A stretch of DNA of 64,000 nucleotides from Eledone cirrhosa (lineage: Eukaryota), in NCBI GenBank assembly GCA_964016885.1, contig OZ024742.1, positions 117,428,001 to 117,492,000 of the forward strand. Direction: 5' to 3'. Positions 12,385 through 26,998 of the stretch are shown here, one piece after another. The notes under the pieces were generated by a model. The model made no database searches. It had not been told where the DNA came from and saw nothing but the letters and a program-made list of their open reading frames with translations. Position 1 is the first letter of the stretch; the number at the start of each line of letters is the position of its first letter. The position numbers and the translations under genes are program-made.

Positions 12385-13735
12385 ATCATCATCAACATTT
12401 TTACATTTGTTTTTCTATGCTAGAATTGGTTGGATTGGATCCTTCTCAGTACAGCATCACTCAACTCATTGCATTCCTTCGTTATCTACTAAGGATTTCC
12501 TTCCATTAGGATTTCCTGGCACTTCTTTACCCAGTGATTATCATCCATGCACATCACATGTCTGTACCAATGCAGTCTTCTCTCTTACACACAACTTCAG
12601 ATTCCCCTTAAATGCAGCCCCACCACCACCACTACCAGTTCATCTATACTCTGCCTATATCTCATATATTGCACATTCAACAAAGCATGCTGCTTCACTT
12701 CTCTCTCGCTTATGTTGATACTTTGCAGTCTCTGCTTATGTTTCACTACTATGCAACATCACACTTTGCACACAGGCATTATGCAGCTGTCTTTTTGTAC
12801 ATAGGACGAAACCTTTTGTTGCTGACAATGGAGGTAGCTCTCTAAACTTCTTCCATCATATTTTTATTCTAGCTATTATGTTTGTAGAGCACTCTCTCCC
12901 GCTAATAATTATGTACCTAGTTAGAAGAAGCTATCAACCACTTGGATTCTTCATGTGATTGGAAAAGGTTTATATCACTGATGCTCATCCCATCGATTAC
13001 GGCTGTTAGTACCAAGATTTAGGTTGTGTACATTGTATAGAGCCTACTCCTTTTCTGTATATCAAGCTGAGCCATTTCCTTCGTGAGATCAGGGTGCTGG
13101 CTTCTTTCCTGCTTACCAACACTTTTTTCTTTTTTCTTTTTCTTTCCCTTAGTTTACTCTCATTCTTTTTTATTGTAAATTCTGTTTCCATAGTCAGAAT
13201 TTATTCCCTAGTTCTTTTATGGATTCAGCTAAGGACTAGATCATCTGCAGAAAGAAGTTCCCGTGGACAGCCAACCTTTAACTCCTTTGTTATGGCCTGG
13301 ATAACTGTGATGAACAACAGTGGTCTGAGAACTGAACCCTGATGTACTTCTTCATGTACCTTGAATTCCTCACTGAACTTACTTCCTACTCTCACTTTAC
13401 TGACAGTGCCTCCGTACATGTCTCTCACTGCTCTGACAACTCATTCTTCTATATCTAATTTTCTGAAGGACCACCAGATAACAGATTGTGGTACTTTGTC
13501 AAAGGGCTTTTCTAGATCAACAAAATCTAAATATAGCTACTTCTCTTGTAGTTGTCTCACTAGAAAGAGGACATCTGTGGTACTTTTCTCAGGCATGAAA
13601 CTGCATCTCGTCTATTTGACTCTTTCCCTAATTAGCTGTGCTAGAACTCTCTCTGTCACTTTCATAACTTGGTCCATTAGTTTAATTCTTTTGTAGTTGC
13701 TCCTTTCTAGAGCATCACCTTTGCCCTTGTAACAT
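12385..13735 (-). mobile_element. RTE LINE, 3' part, decayed
   Basis: HQGSVLRPLLFI and ELLSADDLVL on the minus strand; (GAT)n-type tail near 12385. Confidence 0.85.
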
Positions 13736-15759
13736 ATGGCAGCATGGAAAAATGGACATTAAATGGAGATGATGATGATGATGATGACTATTTTTATCCC
13801 CTTTATTGCTTCTGTGACACCATAGCTGTCAATTTCAATAGCTGGTCCTTCCGTTGGGTAAGTTGGGTGTAGTCACTTCTCATCCTATTTATTCTCTACA
13901 TTCATCAGCCTCTCATAGTAACATTTCCAGGTTTCTTTCATTTGAGCCTCAATATATACCTGATATATATATTATAATATTCATTATTTTATGCCCACTT
14001 TCAATGTTCATGAGTTACACTGGCTATTCTTATTCAAAATTACTGCCTCCCTAGAAGGGTCAGAGGATCACATTTCACTTGTATGTTCCAATTTTTTAGC
14101 ATGGTTTCTAGAGTAGGATGTCCTTCCTTAACACCAACAATTTACAGAATGTTATGGATGCATTTATCCAACCACTAACGCTAAAGAGATTCTCTTGTCC
14201 TCAATAACATAAAAGAATCCTCTCTATCCTGCATCGTCTCTGTTCACTCACCAACCACTTTACAGAATCAACTAGCTGCATTTGATCATGTCACAAAGAA
14301 TAGAGACATTGTCTTGATCTTTGCAAGGCTAACGAGTCCTTTCCATTCTATATAATCTCTGTTCTTTCAAAGCCAACATGATTAGGAATGTAAATAGAAG
14401 AGGCATGAGGAACAAATCGGGAAAATTTGAGAAGGTATGAATATGTGGTGGAATGGTAGTGAAGAGAAAAGAGAGAGAAGCTGGAAGTTGGTTGTGAGTA
14501 GGAGATTGACTAGAAAACAGCATGAGCAACACAATGAGGTAGCAATATGGATGTGCCATAGTAGAAGAGAGAACAACAGAAAAGTGTGATGGTAAATGAG
14601 AGTGGAAGATGTCAGCTAAGTGTTTCATGGTGGAGAGAGAATGGTGGTTAGTAGTGGAGAGTGGTACAGAATATAGTCTCAAGTGATGGGTGTCAACAGA
14701 TATGAGAAATGGTAAATGAGAATAATAAATGTATTCACATTTATAGATAAATCGAAATAAACATTCAAATAAACACACACAGAACACATGAAATCAAAAT
14801 CAGTTCATATTTATATTGAATATTTAGTATTTTTAGATTGAACAAAATTAGTTGACTGGTTGATTTGTAGTTCAATTCTGAATATAGTGAACTTTGTCAC
14901 TCATGATTAACTGAAATTAATTATGTTCCCTATTAATTGATACAGACATGTTTCTTTCTCTCTCACCCTCCCTCTTTCTCTCCCTCTCTTTCCCTCATTC
15001 TCTCACTCTTCTGCTCGTCCTCCTCTTACTCACTCTCTCTCTCTCCCTTCCTCTTTATCTTCTCCTCCCTCTCTCTATTTCTGTTGTCCTTTAGGTCAAC
15101 TCTAATTAAGCTGACCTATGGTCAAAGGTATTCCAGACATGAATATTCTCTCTTTTTAGACATGCTTAGGTCAATATTATCTAATCTGACATCAGGATGT
15201 ATTTAAGGAAGATTTGGCTGCTCTTTCTAACAGCTTGTAATCCTAAAGAGACTTCTTTATTGGCTTGTTTCTTTCTCCCTCCCCTCCCTCTACCTTCAAT
15301 TTCTCTATGTTTTACTTTAGACTGTTTTTCTCACAACTCTCATATGGTGCTTACATTAAACAGTAAGAATATCATAATGGTTTTATTTTGAAATAATATC
15401 AAATTAAATTTCTTTCCTGTGATGTAAAGAAGTAATTTAAATGTTTGTCTCAATCATTATAAGAATAGAATATGTAAATATCGTCGCTAAATTAACAGAG
15501 GTCATGCATGCTATTACAATTTGCATGATAATTAGCTAAGTCTATTAAACTACCTAACGAACACATCTATTCTCAGACTACTCATTAATTATTATGCATG
15601 TATGCATTCCAAACGACAAATGGTCAGGCAATTTTGTTAGAACTTAATGTTATTTCCAATGTGTATTATGAAAATTGTTCTTCATTTCTCACCAGTTATA
15701 GAATCTATAAAAAATGTATCATCTTTACCACTCTTTTCTTATTATTTTCTTCTTTAATA

Positions 15760-15975
15760 AGTGGATTGGCAGCATTGGTAGAGCGTCGATCACCATACTT
15801 CGCAGCATAGAGTTACGGCCCATTACGTCTTGAGTTCAATATTTGCCCAGGTTAGCTTTGCCTTTCATCCTTATGGAGTTGATAAATAAAGCACCAGTGA
15901 TGCACTGGGGCCAATTTAATCAACTTTCCCCTTCCCAAAAAATTGCTGGCCTTGTGCCTAAAGTAGAAACAATTA
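15760..15975 (+). mobile_element. SINE family A
   Basis: Family consensus match by eye. Confidence 0.85.
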
Positions 15976-16569
15976 TTCTTTAACAGTTTCAGGCATTGGT
16001 CAAAATCTTCAAAGAATTTTAGTAAGACTACATCACCCCTGTACTTTATCCTCAACGTCATAAGAGGTGAAAGGCAAAGTTGATTTTAATGTAAAAGGAC
16101 ATATTGTGAAGTGTTTATGTTCAATACATTTATTTTTCTCATCCCATGCTGATAAATAGACACACACGCACACACATGCATCTCTCTCTATCTCACTTGC
16201 TACCGCAACTGCCTCTCTTTCTCCCCCCTTTCTCTCTCTATCTCTGTTGCCTCTCCTACTCTATCCTTCTTTCTATCTCCCATGCATCTCTCTATCTTTC
16301 TCTAGTCTATAGGAAGAGTGAGGGACAAGAAAAACAGTTGCAGCCTGGGAGCCATTGTTAAAATTATACAAGCTATGCAAGTATTCAAGGGAGATTTCCC
16401 AGGCCCAAGAAAAAAAAGGCAGACCACTAAGGAGATGGGAGGACCTGAAACTGTTGCTTTTGATATGCGAATGACTGGTACAAAGTGAGGTCAAATGCAG
16501 GCAATAAACACTTACTATTGTTCAGCAAAGCAGCTGCATAGCTCTACACATAAATCTTCATCATTAATG

Positions 16570-16893
16570 GCAGACACCATGCTTTTCAGCATAGAGTTAT
16601 GGCCCTTTGCGTTCTGAGTTCAAATCCCGCTGAAGTTAGCTTTGCCTTTCATCCTTACCAGGTTGATAAATAAAGCACCAGTAATGCACTGGGGTCGATT
16701 TAATCAACTCTTCCATCTCCCTTCAAATTGCTGGCCTTGTGCCTATAGTAGAAACAATTATCATCATTATATATATATATTGGTTCAAATCCCGCCGAGG
16801 TTGACTTTGCCTTTCATCCTTACGTGGTCGATAAAATAAAGTACCAGTAATGCACTGGGTAATTGCTGGTCTTGTGCCAAAAGTAGAAACAAT
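16570..16893 (+). mobile_element. Two adjacent 5'-truncated SINE A copies
   Basis: Family body at about 16570-16760 and 16782-16893. Confidence 0.85.
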
Positions 16894-16919
16894 TATATAT
16901 ATATATATGTATATCTATA

Positions 16920-17019
16920 ATAGTTAATATCTTTGAAGATATTAACTATAATATTTCAGCTCTGTACCATTCATAGAGTGCTCAATTCCCTTCATCTGTT
17001 CATCAGAACCTTTCAACAC
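16920..17019 (+). mobile_element. Minimal fold-back element with tail
   Basis: 14-bp arms 16920-16933 and 16936-16949; bulged hairpin GCTC-TG...CA-TA-GAGT at 16959-16979; TA-repeat flanks. Confidence 0.55.
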
Positions 17020-17030
17020 TATATATGTGT

Positions 17031-17091
<61 letters not shown>

Positions 17092-17678
17092 GAACAATGA
17101 AAAGATGAACTTTAGTGCTTAATCATTTCACTGTTTTATGATCATTTCAGAAAGTTGATTGATCATGATAAATCGATATAGTGACTAATCGATAGTAGTT
17201 ATGTAACTTTTCTATATTATGTCTTGATAGTATAGATCCATCACATCGTCTTCAATAACAATATAAGATATATAGAGAGGTTGAAATACATTAATTTGAT
17301 AGTGGGACCTAGAATAAATAAAAAAATTCACAAAGATGAAAAATATAAGTAAAAAAATGAATAAAAAAATAAATACAAATAAATAATATTAAAAGAAATG
17401 AGAAAAAGTTAGAAATTTGAAGATAATGAAAGTTGTTTATCGTAAAGGAATCTCTTGAAAGAATAAAAAGAATAAATAAATAGATAAAAGCTTTGACTGT
17501 TTATTACTTCACATTGGCTCTATCTTTCATAAGGTTAATTTTTATTGCCTTATCAAGTTCTAAGACATTGTATTGGCATCCAACTTCACTTAATATATAG
17601 TTGAAGCCTTCCCATATATACACACATACACAACCCATATTTATTTTATGTTGCTTCTCTAATTCCTTTAAGTATTAA

Positions 17679-17899
17679 CCTTTTAACAATTAAACCAGCT
17701 GTATCCGACCAGAATTCTCTCACCACTTTCTGTTTAAATTGGCTATAACCAGCTGCTCATACTGTTGTTAAGGTATTGCTCTCAAAATAAATAACATCAA
17801 AATCTCATAGATTTGATATTATGTGAGATAATTATGTAAGGTAAAGCCTTTACCATGAAAATACAATAGTAAATATAGAATAATGTAAATGCTAAAGGG
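17679..17899. mobile_element. piggyBac-type MITE
   Basis: TTAA flanks and the same body as 6100-6314. Confidence 0.85.
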
Positions 17900-18434
17900 T
17901 TAAGGAAGTGTAGGTGTTAAAATCCAGTTTGTAAACATTTTGGGTTTTGTCAGCTAGAATATATATGTAAACCAGGTTGTTAATGTTCTTTATAGATTCA
18001 TTAAGGCTGTTTAAGGGTTAGCATAGTGAGAGAGTATCTTAAATTTGATTTTCTTAATTTTTATTAAGTGCCATTCAAAGTTGTCCTGCAATGTGTTGTG
18101 TGGTAGTTTTTTAGTATGTATTCTTTTTATGTTGTTTAATCTTTTTGTAATCAAAATAAAATGTTCTCTGCCTAATGAAAAAGTTTGTACTAATTAGTAA
18201 TTTTCTCCCAAACAACCAATCAAAACAAAGTAAAATTGACCACCACAAATGAATGAGAACAGATATATATTTTTTTTTTAATGCTGCATTGGACTCATTC
18301 CATCATTCTATCTGATGGGCTTTTGATTCTAGAGTCGAGCCCAATAAATAGAGATTGAACCTTGAGCTGATCAATTGTGAAACTTGTGTCACACCTGAAT
18401 AAATGTAATGAAAGTTAGACTCTTCATTATTATG

Positions 18435-18545
18435 ATCCCGCCAAGGTTAACTTTGTCTTTCATCCTTATGGGGTCGATAAAATAAAGTACCAGTAATGTA
18501 CTGAGATAATTGCTGGCCTTGTACCAAAAGTAGAAACGATTATTA
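18435..18545 (+). mobile_element. SINE family A, 3' half
   Basis: Family body match. Confidence 0.8.
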
Positions 18546-18654
18546 TGTATTTATATATGCATATGTATTTGTATGTATATATGTGTATGTGAACTGAAAA
18601 GACTGTTGAACGCTCATATATCAAATTGACGGGAGAGTCCATCATGTGTCTATA

Positions 18655-19236
18655 TCATCATCATCATCATCATTTCACGTCTGCTTATCCCTGCTTGCAA
18701 GGATGGGACGGGTCTTATTCAGCACAGTATCTCTCCACTTGTCACGGTCCTTCGTCATCTCCACTGTGAGCTTCAGCGATCTGAGGTCTGTTCTCACCAC
18801 CTCCGCCCATGTTTTTCGTGGTCTACCTCTACCACGTCTTCCTTCAACTGGCATTTCCTAGCACTTCTTCACCCATCGGTCATCCTCCATGTGCATCACA
18901 TGTCCATACCACCGCAGTCTCCTCTCTCGCACAGTCTATCCCTCTCAGACACAGTTTCTCTCTCAACACATCCATGCTGGGTCGTTCACGCACATTGACA
19001 TTGCACATCCAACGGAGCATGCTTGCCTCATTTCTCTCCAGCCATCGCATATCCTCTGCAGTTGCTGCCCAAGTCTCACTACCATGCAGCATCGCGCTCC
19101 TCACACAGGCAGGATATAACCGGCCTTTTGAACGCAGGGAGAAACCCTTCTTCGTCAACAGAGGAAGCAGCTCCCTAAACTTCTTCCAACCCGTCCTTAT
19201 TCTAGATACTATGGCCTCGGAACACCCCCCTCCCAT
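18655..19236 (-). mobile_element. RTE LINE 3' fragment (fairly young)
   Basis: GGCSEAIVSRIRTGWKKFRELLPLL...SAMLHGSETW; (GAT)n tail at 18655. Confidence 0.9.
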
Positions 19237-19299
19237 GCTATATATATATATTTATATATATATGTGTGTATGTATATCCACCATCATTTGACTAGCTGT

Positions 19300-22200
19300 C
19301 TGGCAAACATGGCCCTGTGCTCCCACCTTTTTCCTTTTCCCTTCTACTTACACAAACCAATACATATCCTCCTACATCATGAATCTCAATTTGCTACTCT
19401 GCAAACCATTTAATGACTGCTTGGGGCAGACATGGACTCTGCAAGCCATAGTGAAGGCAATCCATCTAGGAGAACAGTGACTCCAATTAAAAACAACTGC
19501 TCAGGGCAGATGTGAACCCCATAAGTCATAGTGAAGCCAACCCTCCAAGGACAGCAGTGACTTTGATATAAAAACGGCTGCACAGGGCAGACGTAGGTTC
19601 CGTAAAACAGTGAATGCCAATCCTCTATGATAGTTGACACTCCAAATAAAAAACTGATACAAAATGAAAAAGACTCTTAAGTCTGTTAAGACAATCCCTC
19701 TAGTGCTGGTGGCATGAACAATGTGCTCCGTCCATACTGTAAAGTGGTTGGCAATAAGGAGTGCATCCAGCCAATAAAACCCAGCCAAAATTAGGAAAAG
19801 CACGACCAATATGATTTCCACTAGTTTTGAACACAGGGCTAACACTAGTAATGTTAGTGCAGTGCACGGTAGTGGGATAGCTAGAGTAGGCATGTGCGAG
19901 AACCCCTCAATCATAATCAAGCAATTGCACAAACACTTTTCCTTTCAGGTATATAGAACCTCTACCCAAAGAAGTAGCAACAATTATCAAGGTACGAATC
20001 TCAAGACTGCCACCTTCAATGTTGGTACCCTTAAAGGCAGATCAGGTGAAATTGTGGAACTTTTAGAGAGAAGAAGAGTAGATGTATGCTGTGTACAAAA
20101 AGTGAGATTGAGGGGTGACTCAGTGAGACTAATCACGTGCAAGCAACTTAGATATAAACTCTACTGGATAGGAAATTAAAATGGGGTAGGAGGTGTAGGC
20201 ATCCTACTAGCTGAGAAATAGATAGATAGAGTAATAGAGGTAATTAGAGTAAGTGACAGAATCATCAAGCTTAGATTAACTGTTGGAAATACACTGTTCA
20301 CAATCACATCTACCTATGGTCTGCAGGCAGACTGGGTAAAGAACAAAAGGACAGGTTCTATGAGGAAATTTTGAAGACAACTTCAGGTATTGAGGAAAAT
20401 GGCCTCATCATCCTGGCAGGTGGTTTTAATGGATATGTGGGACAGTACCAGGATAGATTCAGGGGAGATTGTGACGGCAAAGGTTATGGCTCAAGGAATA
20501 AAGAAGGGCTGAGACTCCTAGAATTCTGTGATGCAAATAAACTAACCATCTGCAACACAAATTTCAGGAAAGCAGCCAACCACCTGATTTCATATCAATC
20601 TGATGAACACATAAACCAAGTTGATTACTTACTTGTTAGGCAACAAAACAAACAGACTATAATAAATACTAAGTCTTTCCCTGAAGAAGAATGCACTGCC
20701 CAGCACGAGTTAGTTATTAGTGACATCAAAATAAACAAAAGACAGAACAAGACAGGCAGGAAAATAAGGAGACGGAGGGTGTGGAAGTTAAAGGACCTCT
20801 CGGTTAAATATAGGTTTATAAAGGCACTACAGGATGCACTTGATAAGAGGGATGATGGGCTAGATACATACAACGTAGAGGACAAGTGGAAATCTTACGC
20901 AACAACCTTTTGTGTACTGACAAGACTTGGGCCTGGAGTAAAGCACCCGCCAAACAGAGGTTCAGCTGATGGTGGAACAGCAGAGTAGTTGTAGCCATTA
21001 AAGCCAAGAGACAGGCATGAAAAGACTAGAAAAATAGGAGCAGTAGAGACTAGTTCCTAGTAGATAAGAAAGATGCTAGGTGACAGGTACACTACCCTCA
21101 AATCACCCAAAGGAAGGACCAGCTATTGAAATTGATAGTTTTTGACCACCAGAAATAGTTGCTGAGATGCTAAAAGCATCAGGAAAGGTAAGAGACAAAA
21201 TTGTAACCCATATAGTAAATAAAGTAATACATGACAGTCATTCCCAATGACTGGTATAGCAGTACAATCATAAATTGATACACGGGCAAAGGTGATGCTC
21301 TAGAAAGGAGCAACTATAGAGGAATAAAATATATGGACGAAGTTATGAAAGCGATAGAAAGAGTTATAGTGCAACTAATTAAAGAAAGAGTCAAAATAGA
21401 TGAGATGCAGTTTGGATTCAAGCCTGGGAAAAATAGTGAGGCAACTACAAGAGACATATCTAACCAAAAATAAATCACTATATATAGCTTTTGTTGATCT
21501 AGAAAAGGCCTTTGACAGAGTACCACAATCTATTATCCAGTGGTCCTTAAGTAAATTAAGTGTAGAAGAATGGCTTGTGAGAGCACTGCAAGCTATGTAC
21601 AAAGGAGCTGTCAGTAAAGTGAGAGTAGGAAATGAGTTTAGCTAGGAATTCAAGGTACAGGTAGGAGTTCATCAAGGTTCAGTTCTTAGCCAATTGCTGT
21701 TCATCACAATTCTTCAGGCCATAACAGAGGAGTTTAAAACGGGTTGCCTATGGGAACTTCTCTATGCAGATGATTTGGTCCTTATAGCTGAAAACAAAAA
21801 GAAAGAGCTAGAAAATAAATTCCGATTATGGAAACTGAATTTGGAATCAAAAGCCTGAGAGTAAACTTTGTTTGTTGAAGATGCACTGGAAAAAGTGAGA
21901 GGAAGAATGCTAATGATATAAACCTTTTCCAGTCACAGGAAGGATCCATAAATGTGAGTGATAGCTTTTCCTATCTAGGTGACCTAATTAGCAGCAGAGG
22001 AGTGTGCACTGAGAGTATAATAGCTAGAATAAGGATAGGATGGAAGAAGTTTAGAGAACTGCTCCCCCTGACAACAAAAGGTTTCTTCCTATGTACAAAA
22101 GGAAGGCTGTATGATGCCTGTGTGCTGTGCACAATGCTGCATGATAGGGAAATATGGGCTGTGACATGTGGACATGTGTAGACTAGAGAGAAATGGAGCA

Positions 22201-22535
22201 ACTATGTTTCATTGGATGTGCAATTTAAATGTGAGAGAAAGACAGAGCTTGTAAGAGCTGAGGGAGAAGCTAGGCTTAAGAGGAATCTGAGATGGTGTGC
22301 AAGAGAGAAGATTGCATTGATATGGACATGTGATGTGCATGGACAATGACCGATAAGTGAAGAAATGCCAGAAAATCCCAGTGGAAGACAGCTGCAGTAG
22401 AGGATGACCAAGAAAGACCTGGGCAGAGGTTGTGAGAATGATCCTCAAATCGCTAAGACTGGCAGAGATGACATGTTGAGTAGGATTCCTCCAACCCATG
22501 CAAGTATGGAAAAGCAGATGTAAAAACGATGATGA

Positions 22536-22539
<4 letters not shown>
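19300..22539 (+). mobile_element. Near full-length decayed RTE LINE (5' region, APE endonuclease, RT, (GAT)n tail)
   Basis: ATFNVGTLKGRSGEIVELLERRRVDVCCVQ (APE), FVDLEKAFDRVP and ELLYADDLV (RT); stops and internal deletions. Confidence 0.9.
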
Positions 22540-22568
<29 letters not shown>

Positions 22569-22571
<3 letters not shown>

Positions 22572-22668
22572 TAACCCCGATGGCAGAGCTATTACCCACT
22601 CTACTATCCTAAGTATCGAGTACTTTGGTGCGTTATGGTCCATCTGGTTCCTTACCACACCTCCGTTA
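22569..22668 (+). mobile_element. Collapsed copy of the 36281-36441 fold-back element
   Basis: Tail nearly identical to 36361-36441; remnant ACCCCGATGGCAGAGC of the inverted arm; (TA)n on both sides. Confidence 0.75.
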
Positions 22669-22742
22669 TATATATATATTTACACATACATGCATATATG
22701 TATATATATAGATAGATATATATACACACATGTATATGTGTA

Positions 22743-22814
<72 letters not shown>

Positions 22815-23397
22815 CATATACATACACCTGCATGTGTATATATTTTTTCCTGTCTTTTTTCCTATACTTGAAGAGAAATTGTGATTAAAAAATGTTTAGC
22901 TCAATGTGTTTTTACAGATAGAAATATAATGAGGAGACTATTATAGGGTAGAGGAAGATTTCAAATTAAATACAGAGCATATAAAACAAATTATAAATAT
23001 CGTACAGCTCATGCCAGTGTGCAAATTGGATATAGAATGATGATATGAAACTATTCAGGAAAAATTTATATTTTTGGAGAAGACTAACCTAATCAATGAA
23101 ATGTCTCATTACATAATCATCATCACCATCATTTTTCATACTTGCATCATCATCATCATCATCACCGATTAACGCCCATTTTTTACTCTGGCATGGGTTA
23201 GATGAGCTGTTCTGTTGTGAGACAAGCCAATTTGGATGTTTGTATTGGGACATAGGATGGAATTTCTATATATTCCTTTTCTGCACACTTTGCAAGGCCA
23301 TTTCCCAGAGGAAATCTGGACCCTGTTTTCCTTTCTACATACTAGATCATCCATTGTAGATGGGGTGTCCAATGGTTGGTGCAGGAACAGAGTGAAA

Positions 23398-23824
23398 TAT
23401 TCATTAAAAACAACAGCAGAAGGCTGGACTGGAAACTTTATAATTTTAATTCTGCAAAAACACTCTACATATTTCAATGGCCCAGCTTCATCATTGGAAT
23501 ATGATGCAAAACCCAGGTGATTTCATCAGGTGTTAATTGCAGAATTAGTTATATAAGAGGGGATGGCCTGCCATTACAATAATATGGAATCGGCGATCCA
23601 TCCCCAAATCAAAATTGGTCCTCTGTTTTCTATTTTCTCTTTGTGTTCACTAAAATCCTGTTCTCTTATATAACTAATTCTGCAATTCAAACCTGATGAA
23701 ATCACCTGGGTCTTGCATCATATTCAAATGATGAACCTGGGCTATTGAAATATGTATAGTGTTTTCACAGAATTAAGATTATAAAGTTTCCAGTCTGAAC
23801 TTCTGTTGTTGTTTTTAATGAATA
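23398..23824. mobile_element. Fold-back element with about 160-bp arms
   Basis: 23398-23559 is inverted relative to 23663-23824. Confidence 0.8.
23688..23764 (+). ncRNA. Hammerhead-like motif with long stem II (aged)
   Basis: CTGATGA (23693-23699); stem II AAT/ATT, CCTGGGT/ACCTGGG, CATCAT/ATGATG; GAAA TATGTA TA. Stem I AACAC/GTGTT is reconstructed from both arms. Confidence 0.6.
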
Positions 23825-24799
23825 CATACATATATATAAACCCATGCTAGCATGGAAAAATGGATGTTACATGGTGATGATGATGATGATATACAGAGAG
23901 ATAAAGAGAGGGAAATTTTATTGGCAATATATTACTAGTAATACCTACCATTCTGAGAAAGCGAACTTTATACAAACACACACTCAACAAGTTTCCGCAG
24001 TTTCTGTCAACCAGAATTTGCTGACAAGACTTTATTTGACCCTATGCTATGGTAAATGATACCTTCCCTAGGGGCTGCACAGTGGAATGGAACAAGGAAA
24101 CACATAGATATGAAATTAACTTCCTAATTTACCACAAAACCATGCCTACACCTATATGTTATGCAACATTTTAATGACATGTTGTTGCTAATCATGCTAT
24201 AACATTTCATAGAACATTGTTCTAATGTAATTAGTTTTGTTTCTTTTGAAGTTTAATTAATATTCTAAAATAATTAACATTGTTTAATAGTAAATCGATT
24301 GTTTTATTGTTCACTGATAGATTTTTCACAATAAAATTAGAATTTTTCTCTTCGAGAAACTGCATCCCTCTCATAATATCTCTCTCTTTCTTTATCTCAT
24401 TCACATTCTTTTTTAAATACCTCTCTCTTGCTCACTATCTATCTCATGCAGATCTCTCTCTCTTGCTCTCTCTCTCTTTCCTCATTGCTGCCTCCTGCTT
24501 TTTCCTCTTTCATTTTGTCTTTCTCTCCCTTTTTCTCTTTCTCTTCTCTTTCCTCCTCTCTCCCGTTTCCTCCTATATACAGAAGATATATTTGTGTATA
24601 AAACACACAAATATTTCTTTTCTCACACTACGCCTCTCTGACTCCCTCTGTTTCTATCTTTTCTATCTCAATCCATTTCATTCTCTCTCTTTGTTTCCTG
24701 TCTCTTTCTTTGTCACTTTCTCTCACTTTCTATCACACACACACACACACAATGAAAACAAATACAAAATTTCATTTCATAAATCATTAAGCAATTTAA

Positions 24800-25660
24800 T
24801 TTAATTTTCTAGAGATATACTTTCAAAAATGGCGACAAGAGAGATTGCTTCAATTATAGAGATACTCATTGTTAAGCCTCTCTGGTAAAGTCTATGTAGT
24901 GGAAAAGAGATGTAAGGGATTGTAGCTGATGAACAGTATGGTTTACACCCCGGTTGCAGCACAGCCAACCAAATATTCACATTGCAGCAGATCTTTGAGA
25001 AATCATGGGAGAAATGCCTAGAGGTGCATTTTTGCTTCCATGGGACCTGCTGTAGAAGGTTCTGCAGGAGTATGGGATCGATGGTCAGCTTCTTGTTGCT
25101 TTGATGTCTCTATATGAATGTCTGAGTATTAGTTTTCAGATAAATGGTGCTAAATCAAAACCCTTCAATGCGGGAGTTAGACTCCACCTTCGGTGCATAC
25201 TGTCACCTCTCCTGTTCATAATCTTCATGATCAGGATTGATATTCACAGCCACGTTGGAAATGGTATCAAGACTGGTGGCTGAAATTTGATCTCTGACAA
25301 GCACTTGATAAGTTTGATACAAATTGCTGCACAACTGGAAGACTGAGACACTCCTCCTCTCAAAGAAGCTTGAGCAGTGCACTCTACTCTGTGTGAAGCA
25401 GGAAAAGATGTTAAAGTGTCTCAGTGTTGATAGAGGGCAGCAGGCAGAATTAAGTGAAATAATTGCAATAATGCACCAGCTTCAGCATTCGGTAATTAGA
25501 AGGGAAGTAGGTGTTAAAGTCAAAATTGCTATCATCAATTTAGTATTCATGTCAACTCTTACCTATGGGCATGAATCTTGGGTAATGACCGTAAGAATAT
25601 GATTGTGAAAACAAGCAGTGAAGGGAATGTTTGAGGACTCCACCCTCCCTCACAACTCTC
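24800..25660 (+). mobile_element. Old RTE-like RT fragment
   Basis: EQYGLHPGCSTANQIFTLQQIFEK, CILSPLLFIIFM and TLTYGHESWVM. Confidence 0.75.
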
Positions 25661-26998
25661 AGGAATAAGTAGGCAAAAGAAGAGATATATGATTTTCATA
25701 AAATGATATATGATATCTGAGGTCATCTGTATATTTGTTTTCAAACTTCTATAATAATAAAAAAAAAAAGGCATGACTAAGTGATTTGCCTCACAACCAC
25801 ATGGTTTCTGTTTCAACCCCACTGTGTGGCACCTTGAATGTGTGTCTTTTACTATAGCCTCAAATTAATAGACCGAATTTATGTGGAAACCACTCAAATA
25901 GATATTTGTATGTAAACTAGTTTTGTTTCTCTATTTCTCCAGACATAGAAGTTCAACAATAGATAAAATAGACTTTAAAAAAAATAAGTATTGGTGTTGA
26001 TATGATTGGTTAAATCCAAGTAAAAGAGTAATAATATTGTAGAAGACATGTATAACACCATTCATAGCTTGTTGATTAAAATAACTTGGTAACTAACATC
26101 AAATAAATCTAACATTGGTTGATATAGATTGAAACTAAATAGTTCCATTGTGGGTTATTTTAGCTGTTTTGGATCACATTATGAAGGTAATGGAGAAAGT
26201 TTTAGCTCAACTGAATAGAAATAGAATTTGATTAAATGAAATGCAGTTTAGATCTGTCAGGACAGTATGTAACCAATGCTCTCTTCTTTGTGAAGCTAGG
26301 TACCAAACAAATTGATGTCCAGTGTGATTTTCTAAACTATTATTTACAGAAATTGACTACTGTTTCAGTTATTTTCTGCATTTATAGTTCCCACACTTTC
26401 AAATATATACATATGTGTGTGTGTATTTATATCATTTTTACTGTATTGCTTCTGTGTTTCATGTCAGCATAGGATGAGTTGTCACATTTTGAGACTAGAG
26501 AGATTAAATGATCACATCTTGCTCATATGTTCTAGATTGGCATGGTTTCTACAGTTAGATGCCTTTCCTAATGCCAACTACTTTACTGTGAGCACTAAGA
26601 GCACATTATCATGACACCAGTACTACCACTTTACAGAGAAAGCTAGATGCATTTTATTATGACACCAGTGTCATAATAAAATGCAGAGTGACTTCGCCAA
26701 ACATGTTTCATTTGTTTTATGACTTCATCAGTGAAGCATAGACTTAACTGTACTTACCAAAGTACTGATGTGACTATATCAGTTGACTGTCATAGGAAAA
26801 TATAATTGTTTAGAGATGATAGGTAGCTCAAATAAATACCAAAAGTTATTTCATCCAATGTTCTAACACCTTCCTGGATTGGTACTTATTTTATCAATGC
26901 CAAAAGGATGAAATCTGGTTTTAATGCTAGCAACAGAGTAAACTTCACTAAAGATACTTAAGAACCAGGTGATGATATTAAAATAGGTGACAGATTAA

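Noticed and set aside
18280-18400. Possible host exon on the minus strand after TTCAG
   Set aside because: Short frames with no recognisable protein and a weak acceptor; no partner exons found.
24280-24804. 174-aa F/L/S-rich ORF resembling a membrane protein
   Set aside because: Translation of a (CT)n-rich tract.
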